DNA of 64,000 nucleotides from an uncultured Gammaproteobacteria bacterium (GTDB lineage Bacteria; Pseudomonadota; Gammaproteobacteria; JAIEPX01): NCBI GenBank assembly GCA_963725255.1, contig CAVRXV010000008.1, positions 50,159 to 114,158 of the forward strand, read 5' to 3'. Shown piece by piece: positions 57,867 to 64,000 of this stretch (position 1 is its first letter; each line of letters starts with the position of its first letter). The notes under the pieces were generated by a model. It saw only the letters and a program-made list of their open reading frames with translations, ran no database searches and was not told where the DNA came from. The position numbers and the translations under genes were made by a program.

Positions 57867-59558
57867 CTATAATTGTAAAACGTTCTCACTTTTCGCGGGT
57901 TCTGAGGAAGCTTCTCTCGCTAACCGTTCACAATTCAAAAGTATTTTTTTTGCGCTCTCAAATCGTGGATGTTGTTCAGGAATTTTTTTCAAATGCGCTA
58001 TTATATGAGGCGGAATTGAAATTGATGCTGGTTTCCAAAGTGGATGTTCAATTCCAGACGCTAAAATCGCGGGTTCTTTTTTCAAAGTGGTAAGAAATCC
58101 ATCGTAATTTAGTTGAGCTAATCTGAAACAGAGTTCATGTAAAAGACGGGCTTTGTTGTAAGATAAATTATTTTCACGAGCTTCGAGCTCTCTGAATTTT
58201 GTTTCAAGCCAGAGCTTGAAATCTTCTTCGGATTTATTGATTTCAGATTCGCAGTATTCTATTGCATCTAAATCTAGTGTGTTTCTAGGATTATGTTTTG
58301 CATATGTACCTAGCTCACCAGTTGAAATATCTGTTATAGCTGCTGTATGTTGATCAAAATGATATTGAGTTAAGTAAGGGTGGTATGGATCTGTTTGTTT
58401 AGCCAATATCGACAATATCGCCTGACTACCTTCATATCGGGGGTTGTCTTTTTGAATTTTTCGAAGTGCGAAAGTTAATTTCACTGCTGTTTCAAAGAGT
58501 ATGTTACCGCTATAAAATGTGGGTGCAAGATCCTGATCAAATAAATGCACCATGCACTGTTGGTACACTTCTCGACTTACAAGCGTATCCTTGTTAAGTT
58601 CTGCAAAGAAATCATCTGGGGAAGAATTGCATAATTCTTTTAGTCTTTCAGAGCCCTCGCACATCGCAAGATGATAAAGGCCGCTAAAATTTTTGGCATT
58701 GGCTAATTTTGTTAAATAATTAATTGCTAGTGCAATTTTTAATTTCTGAAAATCATTTCGGTATTCCGCGGCATTGTTAGTATCAAAAGGTACTTTTTCC
58801 CATGAGTACATCGTGTGAAGAGATAATTTGGCCGCACTATGATTGTTTTCAGTACCGCGCCGATACCATCTCACTGCTTCCGCCCAATTTTTAATCTGCT
58901 CATAGTGAATCCCTAGAGCGAATTGAGCGCCTGGAAAATTTTGTTCTGCAGCACGGCGATACCATTTTTCTGCTTCTATGTGATTTTTTTCAACACCTAA
59001 GCCCTCCTGATACAATTCTCCTAGACTATATTGAGCGTCTGGAAAATTTTGTTCTGCAGCGCGGCGATACCATTTTTCTGCTTCTATGTGATTTTTTTCA
59101 ACACCTAAGCCCATGAAATACATATATCCACAACAGCATTGAGCCTTGGCATAATTTTGTTCTGCAGAGAGGAAGAACCATTTTATTGCTTCAGTGTGGT
59201 TTACTTTAACACATTTGCCATCAAGATTTACATATCCCAGCCGGCATTGAGCCTCTGGATGCTTTTGACAGGCAGCGAGTAAAAACCATTTCATTCCCTC
59301 GGCGTAATCTTGATCAACACCTTTGCCCTCATAAAACATGCATCCCAGATGGTATTGAGCGGCTGCTAATTTTTCAGTCGTGGCCAAACTGATAATATGA
59401 TCAATGGCTCTGGTATGTCCGATGAGAGCAGCCTGAGTAAAGCAATTGACGGCTTCAATAGGATCGGTTTTTTCGATTTCCAGAGCGGCGTTGTAAAATT
59501 TCAACGCTTTTTCACTGACTTCAGCGCGTTCTAATTTAATAGTTTCATGTTCTTGCAT
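57867..59558 (-). CDS. Sel1-repeat (SLR/TPR-like) protein, 563 aa
   Basis: At least 8 Sel1 repeats (…A.YNLG.MY..G.GV..D..KA..WY..AA.QG..). Contains an internal 108-bp perfect tandem duplication. Confidence 0.75.
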   Translation of the reverse strand: MQEHETIKLERAEVSEKALKFYNAALEIEKTDPIEAVNCFTQAALIGHTRAIDHIISLATTEKLAAAQYHLGCMFYEGKGVDQDYAEGMKWFLLAACQKHPEAQCRLGYVNLDGKCVKVNHTEAIKWFFLSAEQNYAKAQCCCGYMYFMGLGVEKNHIEAEKWYRRAAEQNFPDAQYSLGELYQEGLGVEKNHIEAEKWYRRAAEQNFPGAQFALGIHYEQIKNWAEAVRWYRRGTENNHSAAKLSLHTMYSWEKVPFDTNNAAEYRNDFQKLKIALAINYLTKLANAKNFSGLYHLAMCEGSERLKELCNSSPDDFFAELNKDTLVSREVYQQCMVHLFDQDLAPTFYSGNILFETAVKLTFALRKIQKDNPRYEGSQAILSILAKQTDPYHPYLTQYHFDQHTAAITDISTGELGTYAKHNPRNTLDLDAIEYCESEINKSEEDFKLWLETKFRELEARENNLSYNKARLLHELCFRLAQLNYDGFLTTLKKEPAILASGIEHPLWKPASISIPPHIIAHLKKIPEQHPRFESAKKILLNCERLAREASSEPAKSENVLQL

Positions 59559-59601
59559 TTAGTATGCTCCCAATTAATATGCATAAGTATCGCAATTATA
59601 C

Positions 59602-59704
59602 ACCTTAAAGAATAATCTTGTAATAACGCAGAATTATATCTCGAAATTAAATATTGATTTTACAAATTCTCTCACAACTCAAGACGCGACGCCATTTTCT
59701 ACAG
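59602..59704. repeat. Direct repeat copy 1 (about 103 bp, …AATAATCTTGTAATAACGCAG…CTCTCACAACTCAAGACGCGACGCCATTTTCTA)
   Basis: About 85-88% identical to 62060-62164 in the same orientation. Together they bracket the ATPase/NDT-like gene pair. Confidence 0.8.
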
Positions 59705-59715
59705 CTCTGGTTTAT

Positions 59716-61173
59716 TTACCAAATATGACTTTCAAAAAACATTTTTTGTGTAATGAAATCATCAAAATAAGCACGATTGATTAACTGCTGATTCGCGCCT
59801 AACTTTGAAATCAATACGCGGTGAATTGTTTTATTTTTAGGATTTGGAAAATTTTCTAATTTTTTCTCAAATTCGTTAATCACGGAGGTGCCGACAGTCG
59901 ATTGCAAATATCTTATCTCACACACAGTTATGACTTTGTCATCTCTATCAAAAACAAGATCAATTTGAAAATCCTCATCAATATCGTCAGTTGTTCTGCT
60001 AAAATAGGGGCCTGCAGTATAGTTTACCCGACCAAAACCTAGCATATTGGCGATGATATGATGATATCGAACGCAAAATCTTTCAAAGGCATGACCTAAC
60101 CATTTGTAATAATTATCAAGCTTTAAAGCCTGTAATGAATTTTTTCGATAAACCCCATCTGAAATTTTAGTCGAATTAGGCTTAATAAATTTATAGTAGA
60201 AATGTAGATAGGCATCTGATATTCGATAGCGTGCGAGGGGGCTATCCTCTTTCAAATTATAGGGTGTATAACGTGAAATAAAATTGCAGAGCTCAAGATC
60301 TTCAAAAAGCTCAGTAGCTCGCCCACCCGTTGAAACTTTAAGATGCTTCAATATTTTTTCTCGTGTAGAAAACCGGTGTTTACTTAAATATTCAATGACT
60401 CCCCGGTAATGTTTATGGTTTGCCATGCTGCTAATAAATATTCTATCAAATTCCTTTGAAAAAAAGCTTTCAGGTAAAAATGATTGATCACAAAGACTCA
60501 GTAAGACCGATGAGTTTTGATTAAGACGTAGCAAATATTCAGGAATCCCACCCACTGTTAAGTATGCATCCATGACCTCTTGTTCAGAACGATTTCCTAA
60601 TATAGCTTTAGTTTCTAAGAGATTTAATTCGCGTAAATAGAGTTCATGCTGAGAACGATTGTAGAGAGCTTTTGAGTGAACCACTTTTTTTATCATGAAT
60701 GAGGGTGCTGACCCACAAAGGACAATGAGTAGTTCGGGATTTTTTCTAAACATATTATCCCAAGCATATTTCAGCTCACTTATCATTTTAGTTTCATAGC
60801 AAGCAAGCCATTGTAATTCTTCGAAATAGAGCGTCCAACGACCCACCTTAGTATATTCATAGATTTTACGAAAAACATCGACCCAATTTTCGATGCGAAT
60901 ATCTCGCAATAAGGGTTGTTGTGCGTATTCAGCAAGTTGCTGCATAACATTTTGCATTTGGTACGATGAGCTCTCTCCCTCTATGCCTTCAAACTTGAGA
61001 ATATTGCGTTCACCGAAGGTCTGCTCTAGAAGTTCCGTTTTCCCAACACGACGTCGGCCATAGAGAATAATAATCGCTGGAGTTTGCTCATCACCAATGG
61101 TCTGCAGCATTTTCTGCTCAAACTCGCGTCCCACAAAATTCTTATTAGGCTCCACTAACTGTGTTCTCAGCAT
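59716..61173 (-). CDS. AAA+ ATPase of the ATPase_2 (Arch_ATPase, COG1672) family with C-terminal DUF234-like region
   Basis: The N-terminal FVGREFE..L then ILYGRRRVGKTEL Walker A, a DExx-type Walker B region (VLCGS…) and a 200-aa C-terminal extension are typical of this family. Confidence 0.65.
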   Translation of the reverse strand: MLRTQLVEPNKNFVGREFEQKMLQTIGDEQTPAIIILYGRRRVGKTELLEQTFGERNILKFEGIEGESSSYQMQNVMQQLAEYAQQPLLRDIRIENWVDVFRKIYEYTKVGRWTLYFEELQWLACYETKMISELKYAWDNMFRKNPELLIVLCGSAPSFMIKKVVHSKALYNRSQHELYLRELNLLETKAILGNRSEQEVMDAYLTVGGIPEYLLRLNQNSSVLLSLCDQSFLPESFFSKEFDRIFISSMANHKHYRGVIEYLSKHRFSTREKILKHLKVSTGGRATELFEDLELCNFISRYTPYNLKEDSPLARYRISDAYLHFYYKFIKPNSTKISDGVYRKNSLQALKLDNYYKWLGHAFERFCVRYHHIIANMLGFGRVNYTAGPYFSRTTDDIDEDFQIDLVFDRDDKVITVCEIRYLQSTVGTSVINEFEKKLENFPNPKNKTIHRVLISKLGANQQLINRAYFDDFITQKMFFESHIW

Positions 61174-61324
61174 TGATTCACCCTCTTAAATAGTTAAATT
61201 TTTGGCCAGATAGGTAGTAATATTATCATGTCCGGCCGGATATGTCAACTAATGTTGGCCGGATGTTTTAAAATCGACGTATGTTCGGCCATAAAGGTAT
61301 TTTTAAGGGGGTCTAGGTGGGGGC

Positions 61325-61348
61325 AAATGGGGATTTGACCCCCTCTGT
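61325..61348. repeat. Solo terminal repeat of the 290-bp MITE family (CAAATGGGGATTTGACCCCCTCTG)
   Basis: 23/24 match to the right terminus at 56876-56899. Lies between the ATPase and the NDT-like gene. Confidence 0.7.
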
Positions 61349-61355
61349 GCCCGAT

Positions 61356-61724
61356 CTATAGATATCGTTGAATCCAAGTCGTTAATTGATGAATCAAATC
61401 TTTTGGGTCAGAGTAGGTGAGAAAATATTGAGAGATATATTTTAAAGATAAAGACGGTCTAGCGTCTTGATGAGAAACACAGAGGATGTCACGATTTGCA
61501 TTATTTGCCCAACCTAACTCAATTCCGAGTCCTGTAGAAGGGTATGAAACTTCAGCGACCATTAGATCTATAGTTTGAATGAGTTTTTTTGTCGGTGTAA
61601 GATCTGCTTGATTTTCATGGGGTAAGATAAATGAATGTTGTGCCCATAAGGCTGAATTTTTTAACGGAAGATAAAGCGTATCTTCATAATTAAATGCTGT
61701 CGAATGTCCGAGGTATATAAGCAT
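61356..61724 (-). CDS. Nucleoside 2-deoxyribosyltransferase-like / DNPH1-like small protein (122 aa)
   Basis: N-terminal (L/K)IYLGHS and the motif STGLGIELGWANNANRDILCV parallel the NDT/DNPH1 nucleophile-Glu region (D.GT.FE.G.A...KP). The call is motif-level only. Confidence 0.45.
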   Translation of the reverse strand: MLIYLGHSTAFNYEDTLYLPLKNSALWAQHSFILPHENQADLTPTKKLIQTIDLMVAEVSYPSTGLGIELGWANNANRDILCVSHQDARPSLSLKYISQYFLTYSDPKDLIHQLTTWIQRYL

Positions 61725-61867
61725 AGTATCCCCATTAGAATTGAATAACTAATAGGATGGCATAATATCATAAATCAAAAATTAATACATAAATTTGATT
61801 AGTAAAACACTACACAACTTAGTTGATGAATCCATGAAGGGATCTTGAGTTCTTTGTTCATTCTGAA

Positions 61868-61905
61868 TGTAATGGCGTCGCGTCTTGAGTTGTGAGAGGT
61901 TTTAC
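61868..61905. repeat. Inverted partial copy of the 103-bp direct repeat (core CCTCTCACAACTCAAGACGCGACGCCATT)
   Basis: Reverse complement of the core of 59669-59704 and 62123-62160. Confidence 0.7.
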
Positions 61906-62059
61906 GAGTTGCATATCAGAATGAAATGTTATTATCTGGCGAGTTAAAAAATATTAATAAATAGATAATGATCAAAAAAAGAGTTCATAATCTGATAAGC
62001 AAAATATTCAATATGTTCAGCGATAAAAAATAGTGATCCTTAAACTGTTTGAAAAAATA

Positions 62060-62164
62060 TCTTAAGAATAATCTTATAATAACGCAGATATTTTTCGCGA
62101 AATCAAAAATTGATTTTATAAAACCTCTCATAACTCAAGACGCAACGCCATTTTCTATTTCAGT
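62060..62164. repeat. Direct repeat copy 2 (about 105 bp)
   Basis: See 59602-59704. Confidence 0.8.
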
Positions 62165-62270
62165 GAGAGCAAGGTTTCAATGTTAGACCTGACCCCTTCC
62201 TTTCACCTTCCTCCTATGTTAACATTCCGTATAATCGCATCTCCCGATCGTATCACTCAAGTGAGATAGT

Positions 62271-63308
62271 ATGTCATATATTGTAGATATTATTAGTAGA
62301 TCTTGGATTACTCATCACAGTTGTATACTTACTATTATTTCACCACCAATTCTAGCAGCAATCATTGCCTCCTTTCTAGCCCCTATTGTTGGTATTAGGA
62401 CCTTTTTATCTCAACAACGTGTGACAAGAATTCAGAGGATCTATTATGAGGAATCATTATTGACCCTGATCAAGCACTTAAATAAAACAATTGAAATCAC
62501 TAACTCAAATTTAAGCTGCATTGAACATGCTTTTAATTTAATATTGGATCTTCATGAGAAGGCCGATGTGTCATCTACTATCGACAGAATAAATCATGTC
62601 GCCAAGAAAATTACCAGCCCTATAAAATATCAGGCATCAAAAACAGAAGTTTTAATAAAGCTATTTTCTAAACAGGGCTATACTATACATCAATGGCAAT
62701 CAAAATTCGATCGGGACTTTAGCCATTTTAATTTATATTTTCGTGAGATGGCATTTGCTCTGTCGAATGAATTAGAGTCGAATCGTCAAGTTTCTAGAGA
62801 GTTTATCGATCGATACAGAGATAATATACAGGGATACCATCAACTAGTCATGCGTCATTATTCATTAATATATTTACTAAACAATATAGCGATCGACTTT
62901 AGTCTTCTTAATTTTAAATCAGTGAAAAAATTAAAAAGTAGCTTAAAGAAAAATCAAACAATAAATAGCCATTTACTGAAAATTGATGAGGCTTATAAAA
63001 CATTATTTGGTTACTTTAAGCTAGAAGACCATATTTTTTTATCATATTTAAAAGATGATAATGGAGACCGATACATATTATACAATGACAACAATATCTC
63101 CATCAAACGCGTAAAAGATAACCATCCTGTCGACCTAGATAAAATGACAATCATCAATGATGATCTTAAATTATATAACGTAAAAGTCGAAGTCAACGGC
63201 AGCTTAAGATACTATTCTAATGTTCAATTAGGAATGGCTAACTATTGTGCTTTTGAAGAAAAACCTCAGTTCTATCAACAAATGGAATCATTTGATAACT
63301 TCAAATAA
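62271..63308 (+). CDS. Hypothetical N-terminally membrane-anchored protein, 345 aa, very AT-rich
   Basis: One TM segment (PPILAAIIASFLAPIVGI), then a soluble domain of unknown type. Codon usage is unusually A/T-biased, which suggests horizontal origin. Confidence 0.5.
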   Translation: MSYIVDIISRSWITHHSCILTIISPPILAAIIASFLAPIVGIRTFLSQQRVTRIQRIYYEESLLTLIKHLNKTIEITNSNLSCIEHAFNLILDLHEKADVSSTIDRINHVAKKITSPIKYQASKTEVLIKLFSKQGYTIHQWQSKFDRDFSHFNLYFREMAFALSNELESNRQVSREFIDRYRDNIQGYHQLVMRHYSLIYLLNNIAIDFSLLNFKSVKKLKSSLKKNQTINSHLLKIDEAYKTLFGYFKLEDHIFLSYLKDDNGDRYILYNDNNISIKRVKDNHPVDLDKMTIINDDLKLYNVKVEVNGSLRYYSNVQLGMANYCAFEEKPQFYQQMESFDNFK

Positions 63309-63577
63309 AAAATCTTCAGATTGCTAGCTTTTTAGCATTATAACATGCTTATATTGCCTTGTGTTGTTAATCTTCAAAATAATTGTCAGATCATTTATCC
63401 TTATGATTTCATTGAGCATTTTAACGTGAGATGCATATCAATTTTGCAGTTGTAAGTTATCACTGATTCAACTTGAACTGAATAATTACTAGTATTCCAG
63501 TCGATTTATTATATTAATGACATGGGAAAGCAAACTCAATGGCCTTGATCTGCTCCCGATTTCGTGGACACCAACCT

Positions 63578-64000
63578 CTAACAAGCATACATTAATTCAT
63601 ATTGAGCAGGCGTGTTGTAATTTATCGTAGAATGCCTACGTTGTCTATTGTAAAAAACCTCAATATATTCAAAAATAACTCTCTTTGCCTCCTCTCTCGT
63701 TTTAAAGCTTTCATGGTGCGTGCACTCAACTTTCAGTGTGTGAAAAAAGCTTTCTACTACCGCATTATCCCAGCAGTTCCCTTTTCGACTCATACTGCAT
63801 TCAATATCATTATCCTTCAATAATCCCTGATATTCATTCGCTGCATACTGACTTCCACGATCAGAATGTAACAATACTCCACCTGATATTTTTCGCTTAA
63901 ATAACGCCATTCTTAAAGCATTCAGCGTGATATCTTCTTTCATCCTGCTATCCATCGACCACCCTATGATTTTCCTAGAAAATAAATCCATGATCACCGA
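63578..64000 (-). mobile_element. IS3-family transposase OrfB (DDE integrase core), C-terminal part; element truncated by window end
   Basis: DLFSRKIIGWSM, HSDRGSQY and CWDNAVVESFF(HT)LK are hallmark rve/DDE blocks of IS3-family OrfB. The putative terminal IR lies about 63540-63577. Confidence 0.82.

Noticed and set aside
61174-61355. Short GGCCGGAT / GGCCAGAT direct repeats between the ATPase and the NDT-like gene as a distinct regulatory element
   Set aside because: They were noted, but are too short (8 bp, 3 copies) to call a feature with confidence. They are mentioned within the cassette finding only.

Overview
This is a 64 kb, fairly AT-rich chromosomal window (roughly 40-43% GC by eye) from a gammaproteobacterium. 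It looks like a host-adapted member of the Legionellales, possibly Coxiella-like, but the taxon assignment is inference only. Conserved gamma-proteobacterial syntenies are present: mlaC-mlaB-murA, a yafS-like methyltransferase followed by rnhA-dnaQ, and potABCD. There are many Sel1-type or effector-like hypothetical proteins, several frameshift-disrupted genes, and a dense family of short palindromic MITE-like repeats. The backbone also encodes an AI-2E transporter, htrA, yfiH/pgeF, coaA, a saccharopine dehydrogenase, cysS, an MFS transporter, pepN, a Bax-like glucosaminidase, an Asp/Glu-racemase-family enzyme, a higBA toxin-antitoxin pair, gph, ubiG, a stand-alone Hpt protein, a CDF transporter, sohB, an ABC-F ATPase and ilvE. 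The disrupted or eroded genes are an S1/P1 nuclease, an NhaP-type antiporter, a ferritin-like/VIT transporter and a kdpFABCD locus. In the kdp locus kdpA and kdpB carry at least seven frameshifts between them, kdpD lacks its kinase domain, and there is no kdpE. The 3' third of the window (about 54.8-64 kb) is an AT-rich accessory island full of repeats and ends in a partial IS3-family transposase. Inside it, a two-gene cassette (a nucleoside 2-deoxyribosyltransferase-like or DNPH1-like small protein plus an ATPase_2/DUF234 AAA+ ATPase) is bracketed by about 105-bp direct repeats, next to an AT-rich membrane protein. I flag this cassette as the best candidate for an undescribed defence or nucleotide-targeting module. 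Other notable items are a 1028-aa Pro/Ala-rich tandem-repeat protein with polyproline motifs whose C-terminus is encoded by a MITE, and a gene bracketed by copies of a second 290-bp MITE-like element. No rRNA, tRNA or CRISPR array was recognised by eye.
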